Notes: generated by a model not told the origin, from the letters alone. 64,000 nt of DNA from a virus (IMGVR_UViG_3300027741_002766:1-64000), one strand, 5' to 3'; numbered from the stretch's first letter, positions 6,666 through 15,317 are shown. A program made the numbers and translations.

Positions 6666-6926
6666 ATGTTAGAATATATTGTCACCTTTTTTGCAGTATT
6701 TGCTACAGACTTGATCTATGTGTACTTTGTGAAATCAATTCAAGACAATCGTCCGTTAATGGCTGCCTGGTGGTCCATGGCAGTGACCTTTACTGCCAGT
6801 GTGGCAGTGATCAACTATACTCAGGATCATTGGGCCTTGATACCGGCGTTACTGGGTGCCTATTGTGGCACTTTGTTTGGCATGTGGATCAAGCAAAGAA
6901 TCAGAGACCACGAAAGTAGTGTCTAG
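6666..6926 (+). CDS. small membrane protein (3 TM)
   Basis: AAGGA RBS; three hydrophobic segments. Confidence 0.8.
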   Translation: MLEYIVTFFAVFATDLIYVYFVKSIQDNRPLMAAWWSMAVTFTASVAVINYTQDHWALIPALLGAYCGTLFGMWIKQRIRDHESSV

Positions 6927-7064
6927 TCGAAATTCACGTTTGGGATTTATTAACATAGGATCTATCGCAAAATCTCTACGTACAGTGGAGAACCAATGTT
7001 CACGATACTGGCCTTGAGCCGCTTCGTACAATGCTTGTATGCCGTGTTCAGTATCAAATCTCAT
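6849..7064 (-). CDS. hypothetical protein
   Basis: TAAATA 5 nt before the ATG; 3' end overlaps a convergent gene. Confidence 0.5.
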   Translation of the reverse strand: MRFDTEHGIQALYEAAQGQYREHWFSTVRRDFAIDPMLINPKREFRLDTTFVVSDSLLDPHAKQSATIGTQ

Positions 7065-7079
7065 AGTGGTATTTATTCA

Positions 7080-7169
7080 GGAGACGTGGCCGAGTGGCCT
7101 ATGGCACCGGATTACTAACCCGGCGAGGTAGCAATACCTCCGTGAGTTCGAATCTCACCGTCTCCGCCA
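7080..7169 (+). tRNA. tRNA-Ser(ACT), unusual A34 anticodon
   Basis: GGAGACG/CGTCTCC, long variable arm, G73; loop TT-ACT-AA. Confidence 0.85.
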
Positions 7170-7170
7170 A

Positions 7171-7244
7171 GCGGAATTAGTTTAATGGTAAAACGAGATC
7201 CTTCCAAGTTCAAGTCATCAGTTCGATTCTGATATTCCGCTCCA
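7171..7244 (+). tRNA. tRNA-Gly(TCC)
   Basis: GCGGAAT/ATTCCGC, CT-TCC-AA, U73; weak anticodon stem. Confidence 0.85.
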
Positions 7245-7949
7245 TTATTTAACAGTGGCCAGTCGCAAGGCTCTAAGGATGCAGATGTACATCCATCCTA
7301 TATCAAACTCCCACCAAGTGCGAGAGAGGCGGGCACTCGCTGGTGCCAGGTGATGGTTGTTGTGCAATTCTTCACCGCCAATGACAATGCCCCAAGGGCT
7401 GATGTTTTTACTGAGGTCTCGAGTTTCCCCATTTCTATAGCCCCACCAGTGTGCCACACCGTTGATAACACCTGCGGCCCAGAATGGGATCCACAGCATC
7501 TGTATGCCCCATATTATGGCACCCACCCACCCGAATAGCCAGCAGTTGAGCACAAAGAGAATGCCAATGCCAAGTCGGGAGTGAGCAGTGTATATGTTGT
7601 GCTCCAGCCAATCAGCAGGAGTGCCACGACCGTATGTATCAACCATATCCGTATCTTTTGATGCCTCATGATATAACCATGCTCCTTTGAATAGTACTTG
7701 CCGGATTCCGTACACATGCGGTGAGTGCGGATCTCCAGCCCGATCACTGTATCTGTGATGCTTGCGGTGTATGGCCACCCACTGCCGGGTGACCATGCCT
7801 GTTGTGAGCCACAACCAGAAGCGCATGAAGTGCGCAATCACTGGATGAAATGCCACTGATCGGTGTGCTTGAGCACGATGTAGATATAGTGTGACACATG
7901 CAATAGTGATGTGCGTTGCGATTAAGGTGTATAAGATTTCCAGCATCAA
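7245..7949 (-). CDS. delta-9-type fatty acid desaturase
   Basis: His boxes HRAQAH, HRKHH, HNNHH; GEELHNNHH...WWEFD. Confidence 0.93.
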   Translation of the reverse strand: MMLEILYTLIATHITIACVTLYLHRAQAHRSVAFHPVIAHFMRFWLWLTTGMVTRQWVAIHRKHHRYSDRAGDPHSPHVYGIRQVLFKGAWLYHEASKDTDMVDTYGRGTPADWLEHNIYTAHSRLGIGILFVLNCWLFGWVGAIIWGIQMLWIPFWAAGVINGVAHWWGYRNGETRDLSKNISPWGIVIGGEELHNNHHLAPASARLSRTWWEFDIGWMYICILRALRLATVK

Positions 7950-8006
7950 TTACTTAGCGGTTTTATACTACAAATCAAGATAAGTACAACAGTTAGGAAT
8001 CGTACC

Positions 8007-8186
8007 ATGAGCCGGACATTGATCTGGGTGTTGAGTTTTAGTGTGCTAGGGCCTGTGCCCGAGTATGGCGAACAGGCCAAGTTCAAAACACAGGAGGAGT
8101 GCCGTGTGGCTATGGTGCAAAAACAACAAGAATACCACGCCAAAAACAAAAGTGTAGCGGGCAGTTGTTATCAAAGCACCAAATAG
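8007..8186 (+). CDS. small Cys-containing protein, possibly exported (59 aa)
   Basis: AGGA RBS; hydrophobic N-terminus; FKTQEEC...C; below the ORF-track cutoff. Confidence 0.6.
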   Translation: MSRTLIWVLSFSVLGPVPEYGEQAKFKTQEECRVAMVQKQQEYHAKNKSVAGSCYQSTK

Positions 8187-8206
8187 AAAAATAACTTATT
8201 AAATAT

Positions 8207-8983
8207 ATGATATCAAACTCTAAAATTATTATTGCTGGTGACAGTTGGGGTCTTGGAGAATGGTCTGGACTCGAATTAGGATCCGGTGGGTCGATAAATC
8301 ATACAGGTATGGCACAATATTTTACAGATTTTCAATACACAGTTGTAAATCTATCCAAAGGTGGTTCATCCAATTTAGAATCCATTGAAAGATTAAAACA
8401 CTATAACATAAGCGACAACGACATAGTGTTATTCATCATGACCGATCCTCTCAGAGATTTAGGCGCATTTAAACTTTCAAAGCAAAATAATGATAAAGAG
8501 AACTTAAAAAAAATTACTGAAAAAATCACCAAAGCACTTGTTGATGCTCAAGGAGTGTATCCACTGTTATGCAAGTTAATGCATAACTTATTTGATGAAC
8601 TAAATCAAATTGGACATCCTATCAACTTGATTGGTGGTTTATGCAATATCAATACCGACATTAGTTCTCAATACAACAATTTAACAACACTCATACCAAG
8701 TTGGATTAATATTTTAGTAGGGCAAATGCCCGAGTATGAACATACAATAAATAAAAATTTTGTTATTACAACTGGGTCATTGCTTCAACATATAAATCTA
8801 TCAGAATTTGATTCCAGATTGGCTGAATTAATTATTAACGACTTACATGATATTGAAAAAAATTTTTTAGTTTTTAGAGAGGACATATTTCATCCTGATG
8901 GTGTGCATCCTAATAGACACGGACATCGCATTGCGTTTGATAAAATTGTTGAGTCTCTCAAGATTGACAACAAAATCAAATAA
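8207..8983 (+). CDS. SGNH/GDSL-like hydrolase
   Basis: GDSW, GGSSN, DGVHPN motifs. Confidence 0.75.
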   Translation: MISNSKIIIAGDSWGLGEWSGLELGSGGSINHTGMAQYFTDFQYTVVNLSKGGSSNLESIERLKHYNISDNDIVLFIMTDPLRDLGAFKLSKQNNDKENLKKITEKITKALVDAQGVYPLLCKLMHNLFDELNQIGHPINLIGGLCNINTDISSQYNNLTTLIPSWINILVGQMPEYEHTINKNFVITTGSLLQHINLSEFDSRLAELIINDLHDIEKNFLVFREDIFHPDGVHPNRHGHRIAFDKIVESLKIDNKIK

Positions 8984-8992
8984 ATATACAAT
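8964..8992 (+). promoter_or_regulatory. sigma70 promoter of tmRNA
   Basis: TTGACA-N17-TACAAT. Confidence 0.75.
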
Positions 8993-8999
8993 ATAAAGA

Positions 9000-9285
9000 A
9001 CAGCGTAAACTGTTATCAAGAAAAGGATTCAAGACGGCGGGGCAGTGCCGCCCAGGTCCACCAAAAGTATAATCGATATGCCCATAGCATATAGAGACAT
9101 AAGAAACGGGATTATACTTCTGATGGGCCTGACACAGGATCGATTGGGTCAAGAGTAGAGATAATGGCGCTCGGTAGGCGATGACCGTAAATCAAGCAAA
9201 ACTAGTAAATGCAAACGATAGCGTTTATTCTTTGGCAGCCTAAACACTGCCTAGGGTAGGAAAATACCTCGTAACAGAAATCACC
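9000..9285 (+). ncRNA. ssrA: circularly permuted (two-piece) tmRNA, tag ANDSVYSLAA
   Basis: Acceptor 3' end CAGGTCCACCA (to 9063) precedes 5' end GGGCCTG (9125) with G3:U70; tag ORF 9211-9243; outer boundaries approximate. Confidence 0.9.
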
Positions 9286-9286
9286 A

Positions 9287-9311
9287 GAACCCGCTTCGGC
9301 GGGTTTCTCTT
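9287..9311 (+). terminator. intrinsic terminator
   Basis: AACCCGC-TTCG-GCGGGTT followed by a T-rich tail. Confidence 0.85.
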
Positions 9312-9363
9312 GTCAACCCTTTTGCGGGCTAAGGCGTTGTATATGTATGTCAAGGAGACATCG

Positions 9364-9522
9364 ATGCAACATACTATCAAATGTGACAATTGGGAAAAAC
9401 CTGGTAAAAATGAAGTGGTAAAATTTATGCCTGTCAATTTGGCCAGGTTCAAAAACTGCCCAGACTGTGACCGCAAGCGTATTTCGGCCTGCCGGGATCC
9501 TGCTTGCAGTCGTCGAAAGTAG
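9364..9522 (+). CDS. small Cys-rich (zinc-finger-like) protein
   Basis: AGGAG RBS; CPDC...C...C. Confidence 0.6.
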   Translation: MQHTIKCDNWEKPGKNEVVKFMPVNLARFKNCPDCDRKRISACRDPACSRRK

Positions 9523-9572
9523 TATCACCAAACTGCTAGGCTTTTGCTTAGAGTTCCTGTATAATACATTGT

Positions 9573-9815
9573 ATGGGAAATCAAACAGACTATTTTGAAC
9601 GCATCGGTTACCAAGCCAAGTACCAAATTGGCGACAGAGTATTTGGGCATTGGAACTCAATTCCGTTTGTGGGTACTGTGGGCAACGACCGCGTGATTGA
9701 CAAAACTGGTCCACAAGTGACCATTCACTTAGATCTACCCATCCGGTATGAACAACAGGTACGCAATGTAATTGTTGTCAAGCATCGAGATATCACTAAA
9801 CTAACAGAAATGTAA
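9573..9815 (+). CDS. hypothetical protein
   Basis: ORF 7 nt after TATAAT (leaderless candidate). Confidence 0.7.
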   Translation: MGNQTDYFERIGYQAKYQIGDRVFGHWNSIPFVGTVGNDRVIDKTGPQVTIHLDLPIRYEQQVRNVIVVKHRDITKLTEM

Positions 9816-9824
9816 AGGAAACAC

Positions 9825-10061
9825 ATGTCAAGACTCAGCAGTGAACTAGCAGTAGAACGAATTGGTAATCGTTATGACTTAATCTTGGTTGCCAGCCGCC
9901 GTGCCCGAGAACTCAGCCGCGGAGACATGCCCCGAGTTGATCCAGGTGCCAGCAACATCAGCACAGCCTTGCGAGAGATCGAGGCAGGCGCAGTAGACCG
10001 CAGTTATCTCTACAAGAAACAAGATTTATCAACCACAAGCCACCATAGGAAATACGCATGA
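9825..10061 (+). CDS. rpoZ: RNA polymerase omega subunit homolog
   Basis: AVERIGNRYDLILVASRRAREL...ALREIEAG. Confidence 0.9.
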   Translation: MSRLSSELAVERIGNRYDLILVASRRARELSRGDMPRVDPGASNISTALREIEAGAVDRSYLYKKQDLSTTSHHRKYA

Positions 10062-10219
10062 TCAAACCAGGCCCAACTTATCGAATGAGCCGTGCCAACA
10101 AAGTACTGTTGGCCTCATACATTGATCGTCACAAACGTGGCGAGATCAAACGCACCGTGATTCAAGCAGACTTGTATGGACGGCAGTTTACTCCAAGAAC
10201 TCGCGATAATCAAAAGTAA
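10058..10219 (+). CDS. small basic hypothetical protein (53 aa)
   Basis: ATGA overlap with the rpoZ stop, AGGA RBS. Confidence 0.65.
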   Translation: MIKPGPTYRMSRANKVLLASYIDRHKRGEIKRTVIQADLYGRQFTPRTRDNQK

Positions 10220-10261
10220 TACTCAAGTACTACTTTTTAAAAAGTAATACTCAAGTGCTAC
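10216..10261. repeat. two tandem 18-bp palindromic operator-like sites
   Basis: GTAATACTCAAGTACTAC (10216) and GTAATACTCAAGTGCTAC (10244). Confidence 0.75.
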
Positions 10262-10293
10262 AAAAACCCTACAGCGATGTGGGGTTTTCTTTT
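10262..10293 (+). terminator. intrinsic terminator
   Basis: AAAACCCTACA-GCGA-TGTGGGGTTTT followed by CTTTT. Confidence 0.8.
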
Positions 10294-10296
10294 GGG

Positions 10297-10325
10297 TTGA
10301 CCCAATATTGCTCATTTGCTATAAT
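10297..10325 (+). promoter_or_regulatory. sigma70 early promoter
   Basis: TTGACC-N17-TATAAT with extended TG. Confidence 0.8.
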
Positions 10326-10355
10326 AATGACATGTTAAGCAAAAAGGAGTTCTAA

Positions 10356-10820
10356 ATGGGTACACGTAGTCGCATTGCTGTCATGCATGGAGAAGTCTGT
10401 AAAAGTGTCTACTGTCATTGGGATGGCTATCTAGAGCACAATGGTGCTATCTTGCAAGAACACTATGATTCCTCCAAAGCCAATCAACTGATTGCCCTAG
10501 GCGACTTGTCAAGCCTGCGCCCTGAAATTGGTGAGAAGCATCCTTTCTCTTGCCTGGATCCTGAGGCCGGAAGCGACTATGAAGAACGCTATGGCAACAT
10601 GTGTACCTTTTACGATCGTGATCGCGGCGAAACAGACTGCACCTGGAGTGTGGATCACACGTTTGAAGAATTCTTGGACCGTGCCCGAGGTTGTACTGCC
10701 GAGTTTTACTATGTAATGAAAGATGGTGTTTGGTATGTGGGTGACACTTATGGCTCAACCGCCTTAAGTAATCGGTTAACACCACTTGCAGAAGCCTTGC
10801 AGGCTGTAGAAACTGTTTGA
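10356..10820 (+). CDS. conserved phage hypothetical protein (TRSRI...YCHWDGY)
   Basis: AAGGAG RBS; motif common in large phages. Confidence 0.85.
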   Translation: MGTRSRIAVMHGEVCKSVYCHWDGYLEHNGAILQEHYDSSKANQLIALGDLSSLRPEIGEKHPFSCLDPEAGSDYEERYGNMCTFYDRDRGETDCTWSVDHTFEEFLDRARGCTAEFYYVMKDGVWYVGDTYGSTALSNRLTPLAEALQAVETV

Positions 10821-10845
10821 CACAAAATTGCATTTCGCATATAAT
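10817..10845 (+). promoter_or_regulatory. consensus sigma70 promoter
   Basis: TTGACA-N17-TATAAT. Confidence 0.85.
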
Positions 10846-10875
10846 TGACTTATCTTAACTAGCAAAGGAAACACA

Positions 10876-11958
10876 ATGTCAGATTCACGCACCGTCACAG
10901 CCGTGCAGGCTCGCAAAAGTTTGCTCCGTGCATTCAAAGTTCAACGTCCCCTGTTCTTGTGGGGCCCTCCCGGCATTGGCAAGAGTGAATTGGTAGAAGG
11001 CATTACCAAGGAACTGGGCGGTCTAATGATTGACCTGCGTTTGGGTCAGATGGAGCCCACAGACATTCGTGGTATTCCTTTTTACAACAAGGACATTGGC
11101 AAGATGGACTGGGCCGAGCCTGTGGAACTGCCCGATGAGGCCACTGCCAGCCAGTATCCTGTTGTGGTCCTGTTCTTGGACGAACTCAACTCAGCCGCGC
11201 CTTCTGTCCAGAGTGCCGCTTATCAGTTGATTTTGAACAGACGCATTGGCAAGTATAAGTTACCCAACAATGTTGTGATGGTTGCCGCAGGCAATCGTGA
11301 AAGCGACAAAGGCGTTACGTATCGCATGCCAACTCCGCTGGCAAACCGTTTCATCCACCAGGAGATGAAGGTGGACTTTGCTTCATGGCAAGAGTGGGCT
11401 GTCAACAACAACATCAACAAAGACGTGGTTGGTTACTTGAGTTTTGCCAAGCAGGACTTGTATGACTTTGATGCCAAATCAGCCAGCCGTGCATTTGCTA
11501 CACCACGCTCATGGACCTTTGTGAGCCAGTTGTTGGATGACGAGGATGATAACGACACTATTACCAACTTGATTGCTGGTACAGTAGGCGAGGGTCTGGC
11601 TGTGAAGTTTATGGCTCACCGCAAGGTTGCATCAAAGATGCCCAACCCTACAGACATCTTGAACGGCAAGGTCAAGGACTTGAATGTCAAAGAGGTGAGT
11701 GCCATGTACAGCCTGGTTATCTCCATGTGCTATGAACTTAAAGGTGCAGTTGAAACTAAAGTAGAAGACAAGAAGTTCCATGAGATGAGTGACAACTTCT
11801 TTGGCTACATGATGAAGAACTTTGAAACAGAGTTGGTTGTGATGGGTGCCAGAATTGCTCTTACCACATACAACTTGCCGTTCCAACCCAGCAAGTTGAA
11901 GAACTTTGACGAGTTCCATCAGCGTTATGGCAAGTACATCTTGCAGGCAAGTGCCTAA
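10876..11958 (+). CDS. MoxR-like AAA+ ATPase
   Basis: Walker A GPPGIGKS, Walker B LFLDE, AAGN, LANRF, TPRSW. Confidence 0.9.
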   Translation: MSDSRTVTAVQARKSLLRAFKVQRPLFLWGPPGIGKSELVEGITKELGGLMIDLRLGQMEPTDIRGIPFYNKDIGKMDWAEPVELPDEATASQYPVVVLFLDELNSAAPSVQSAAYQLILNRRIGKYKLPNNVVMVAAGNRESDKGVTYRMPTPLANRFIHQEMKVDFASWQEWAVNNNINKDVVGYLSFAKQDLYDFDAKSASRAFATPRSWTFVSQLLDDEDDNDTITNLIAGTVGEGLAVKFMAHRKVASKMPNPTDILNGKVKDLNVKEVSAMYSLVISMCYELKGAVETKVEDKKFHEMSDNFFGYMMKNFETELVVMGARIALTTYNLPFQPSKLKNFDEFHQRYGKYILQASA

Positions 11959-11964
11959 ACGGAG

Positions 11965-11986
11965 ATAGGGCTTCGGCCCTATTTTT
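11965..11986 (+). terminator. intrinsic terminator
   Basis: ATAGGGC-TTCG-GCCCTAT-TTTT. Confidence 0.85.
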
Positions 11987-11988
11987 AT

Positions 11989-12312
11989 ATGGGAAGTTTA
12001 CTCAAAGAAGTCAAGGTCGTCAAACTAGATGGTAGGCATAGCCACAAAGGTCTTTTTGATTACATGCTACAATTTAATGCTTGGTCGGGACTTGAAAAGT
12101 ACCAAAGAACCTTGCAGTATTGTCATGCACAATGGGGACCAACTGTGGACGTTGAGACCTACAGTACCCTCCGTTGGGACACTGTGAAAAGGAACTATCA
12201 ATTTGAATTCGGTCCGCACTGGAGTTATCTAGCACGTTATGGAGATTATCGTATCTACCTAACAGAACAAGCCACCAGTTGGATCAAACTTGCAGAACCT
12301 TGGACATCATGA
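11989..12312 (+). CDS. hypothetical protein
   Basis: 107-aa ORF coupled to the next gene. Confidence 0.7.
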   Translation: MGSLLKEVKVVKLDGRHSHKGLFDYMLQFNAWSGLEKYQRTLQYCHAQWGPTVDVETYSTLRWDTVKRNYQFEFGPHWSYLARYGDYRIYLTEQATSWIKLAEPWTS

Positions 12313-12593
12313 GTGCCAAAATCACTGTAAAAAAGAACTTGATCATCTTTCACAGTCCTGTGGATTGGATACCTATTCGCAAGCGACTGATAGAGGAATA
12401 TGGACAAAGTATCAACATCAGTTATGCCAGGCGTGAAAGACTGGGTTTTAGTTGGAGATCCCATACTATCTGGATCTCCAGTGGCAGGCAAGAAGGCGAG
12501 TATGAACTCAAGTATCCTGAGGAGCAGATACACTTGGATTTTTTCTCCGAATCAGCACAATCATGGTTCCAACTCCGGTACTTGAATTTGTAA
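12309..12593 (+). CDS. hypothetical protein
   Basis: ATGA overlap; C-terminal IHLDFFSESAQSWFQLRY. Confidence 0.75.
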   Translation: MSAKITVKKNLIIFHSPVDWIPIRKRLIEEYGQSINISYARRERLGFSWRSHTIWISSGRQEGEYELKYPEEQIHLDFFSESAQSWFQLRYLNL

Positions 12594-12645
12594 TACTCGA
12601 GTATTACATTTTGCGTTTGACCACAAATTCATGACATGTTATAAT
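12590..12645 (+). promoter_or_regulatory. perfect palindrome plus sigma70 promoter
   Basis: GTAATACTCGAGTATTAC (12590-12607), then TTGACC-N17-TATAAT (12617-12645). Confidence 0.8.
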
Positions 12646-12671
12646 ACATACATAGACAACAAAGGAAACAC

Positions 12672-13946
12672 ATGACCACAACCACAGTATCAAAAGAAGA
12701 CGCCAAAAAGTTCGCCAATCTTATTGGTCCAACTGATCCCAAACTGGATCGCGAAGTGCGTGAGATCTTGATCACCGCCCGTGTGGGCCTGCTGTTAAAG
12801 GCTTCATTCTTTGGCAACCTTGCTACTCGTTTGAAACTGGTCAATGCCGACGAGTGGTGTGCCACTGCCGCAACAGATGGCAGAAACTTCTACTACAATA
12901 CCCGCTTTATCAAGATGCTCAAGCCCAAAGAAGTTGAGTTCTTGTTTGGTCATGAGGTCCTGCATTGTGTTTATGATCACTTTGGTCGCCGTGGTGATCG
13001 TAATCCACAGTTGTGGAACATTGCTGATGACTTCTGCGTGAACGCAGACTTGAAGAAGCACCATGTGGGCGAGTTTATCACTTCAGTGCCTTGCTTATAC
13101 GATCACAAGTATGATGGCATGAGTGCCGAAGAAGTGTATGATATCTTGTATGAAAAGGCCGACAAGATTGACATCAATGACTTGCTGAACCGCATGATCG
13201 ACGACCACATGGATGGCGATGATGAGCAAGATGGCGGTGGTGGAGGAGATGGTGATCAAGAAGGTAAAGGCCGTCCACGTTTGACACAAGAAGAGCGTCA
13301 GCAGATCAAGGACGAGATCAAAGAAGCCATGCTGGCGGCTGCCAGTGCAAGTGATGCAGGTAACATTCCAGCAGGTGTCAAACGTCTTATCCAAGAGTTG
13401 ACCGAACCCAAGATGAACTGGCGTGAATTGTTGCGTATGCAATTGGAGTCAACAATCAAGAGTGACTTTACTTGGATGCGAGCAAGCCGCAAGGGCTGGC
13501 ACATGGATGCTGTGATGCCTGGCATGAAGGTGGACCCAATGATTGATATTGCTATTGCAATTGACGCAAGTGGTTCAATTGACGAACGCATGCTCAAGGA
13601 CTTCCTGGGCGAAGTGCAAGGCATCATGGATTCGTTCCCAGCCTACCGAATCCACATTATCACTTTTGATACGGATGCATACAATCCTGCACAATACGAC
13701 TCAGACAACTTGGATGACATCTGTGACTACGAAGTGTCAGGTGGTGGCGGTACCGACTTTGATTGCATCTTCAAGTACTTGAAGGACCATGAAATTGAAC
13801 CCAAGCGACTGGTGGTGTTCACAGACGGCTACCCGTTTGGTTCCTGGGGTGATGAGAATTATGCAGATACAGTTTGGATCTTGCATGGCACCACAACTAT
13901 TGTGCCACCCTGGGGTCAGTTTGCTTACTACGACGAGGCCGAGTAA
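12672..13946 (+). CDS. DUF2201-type metallopeptidase + VWA domain protein
   Basis: TAATDG, HEVLH (HExxH), DASGS MIDAS, GGGTDF, FTDG. Confidence 0.88.
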   Translation: MTTTTVSKEDAKKFANLIGPTDPKLDREVREILITARVGLLLKASFFGNLATRLKLVNADEWCATAATDGRNFYYNTRFIKMLKPKEVEFLFGHEVLHCVYDHFGRRGDRNPQLWNIADDFCVNADLKKHHVGEFITSVPCLYDHKYDGMSAEEVYDILYEKADKIDINDLLNRMIDDHMDGDDEQDGGGGGDGDQEGKGRPRLTQEERQQIKDEIKEAMLAAASASDAGNIPAGVKRLIQELTEPKMNWRELLRMQLESTIKSDFTWMRASRKGWHMDAVMPGMKVDPMIDIAIAIDASGSIDERMLKDFLGEVQGIMDSFPAYRIHIITFDTDAYNPAQYDSDNLDDICDYEVSGGGGTDFDCIFKYLKDHEIEPKRLVVFTDGYPFGSWGDENYADTVWILHGTTTIVPPWGQFAYYDEAE

Positions 13947-14059
13947 TGAACAAAAAATTTGAACAAATTGTGGACAATGCAGGATTGTATTCTGTCGTAA
14001 TGCTATATGTCAGTGTGATAGCATTTGCTGTGGGTTTTGTTACGGCGTATTTTTTATGA
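13946..14059 (+). CDS. small membrane peptide
   Basis: TAATG overlap; single TM. Confidence 0.55.
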   Translation: MNKKFEQIVDNAGLYSVVMLYVSVIAFAVGFVTAYFL

Positions 14060-14271
14060 ACGAACACATAGAAAAATTTGCACGTGAGTGTGGTGCGTGG
14101 AATCAAGTGTACGGTGACAGGATGTTCATGATCGACGAGCACTTTGATATTGAAAAGTTCGCCGAGTTGATTGTGCGGGAATGTGCCGCAGAAGCCGATC
14201 GGCAAACTATCTACTGTAGAGGTATTCCCTGGGGTCGATGGATCAAACAACATTTTGGGTTTCAAACTTAG
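14056..14271 (+). CDS. conserved phage hypothetical protein (EKFAELIVRECA)
   Basis: ATGA overlap; common phage motif. Confidence 0.75.
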   Translation: MNEHIEKFARECGAWNQVYGDRMFMIDEHFDIEKFAELIVRECAAEADRQTIYCRGIPWGRWIKQHFGFQT

Positions 14272-14288
14272 GAGTGCCAATTTTGCCG

Positions 14289-14321
14289 AAATCCCCAAGA
14301 AAATACAACCTTGGGGATTTT
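14289..14321 (+). terminator. hairpin / terminator
   Basis: AAATCCCCAAG...CTTGGGGATTTT. Confidence 0.65.
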
Positions 14322-14338
14322 CTCACGTAAATATCTAC

Positions 14339-14581
14339 ATGGACGACACAACTGAATCAACACAATTCACTATTGCTGATCTTGCTGGAATACGCAACAT
14401 CATCGACCTGGCTTGCCAGCGTGGCGCTTTTCGTGGGGAAGAAATGAAGGATGTGGGGGTGACTTTTGAACGCCTGACTAACTTCATTGTACAGGCCCAA
14501 CAAGCCGCTGACGCACAAGCCCAGGCTCCAGACGCTGAACAAGAGCCTGCCGAGCCAGCCACACCAACTCAAGGAGAATAG
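14339..14581 (+). CDS. hypothetical protein
   Basis: TAAATA 5 nt before the ATG; IIDLACQRGAFRGEE motif. Confidence 0.75.
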   Translation: MDDTTESTQFTIADLAGIRNIIDLACQRGAFRGEEMKDVGVTFERLTNFIVQAQQAADAQAQAPDAEQEPAEPATPTQGE

Positions 14582-14582
14582 C

Positions 14583-15317
14583 ATGGCATTTTTAAAACAC
14601 ATAGGCAAACATGGCGACCGTAAGGTTGTTATTATTTTTAGACAACTTCCTGGAGACGAGCACATGTGCTTGTGTATCTATCCAGACCTGTTGGCCACAC
14701 ACTGGCATGACAGCATTATGCGAGTGTTGGAAAGCCCTGTGGGTCAAGCCGCAGAAGAATTTGCTGATGCTCTACACCGCAACCTCCTGCCCGATGGTCG
14801 TACCATCCTGGGTGCCTTGCATGCTGAACGCATGATGAAGCGTGTGAACACAGAACAAGTGTTGATGACACCTACCATGAACAGCAATGTCAAACTCAGC
14901 GAACTCAACAACATCTTGAATGAGATGAAAAAGGGCGAAGACGCTGTGCGCAAGATGGCCGAGATTGACGGAGCCAGAGGTCTAGTTGATCCCAAACAAA
15001 AACGTGCCGCTGAAGCACAATACAAAGCCGAACAACAAAGCCCCAAAGCACCAGGTACCTATGCGGCACCACCGGATGGCGCCCTGGATGACAAATCATT
15101 GGCTGCCAACATGCTCACACAGGCAGTTAAAATGCACAACGAAGCCACTGGCATGATCAATGAAGCCGCTCGCATGCGCAAAGAAGCAGAAAAACTATTT
15201 CCTGGTGTGAAGATGATGGACCTTCCCCGGATGGCACCAATTCCCGCAGTAGAGACAGAAACACCTGCGCCTAAAAAGCGTGGACGTAAACCTGCTGTGG
15301 CTCATGCAACTCAGTGA
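14583..15317 (+). CDS. hypothetical protein
   Basis: AAGGAG RBS; basic C-terminal tail KKRGRKP. Confidence 0.8.
   Translation: MAFLKHIGKHGDRKVVIIFRQLPGDEHMCLCIYPDLLATHWHDSIMRVLESPVGQAAEEFADALHRNLLPDGRTILGALHAERMMKRVNTEQVLMTPTMNSNVKLSELNNILNEMKKGEDAVRKMAEIDGARGLVDPKQKRAAEAQYKAEQQSPKAPGTYAAPPDGALDDKSLAANMLTQAVKMHNEATGMINEAARMRKEAEKLFPGVKMMDLPRMAPIPAVETETPAPKKRGRKPAVAHATQ

Noticed and set aside
7080-7169. Amber suppressor reading (CTA) of the tRNA-Ser loop, or TAG recoding
   Set aside because: Canonical register gives ACT; genes are intact under code 11 and several end in TAG.
10216-10261. Possible mini-CRISPR array
   Set aside because: Only two 18-bp copies with a 10-bp gap and no cas genes; fits an operator better.
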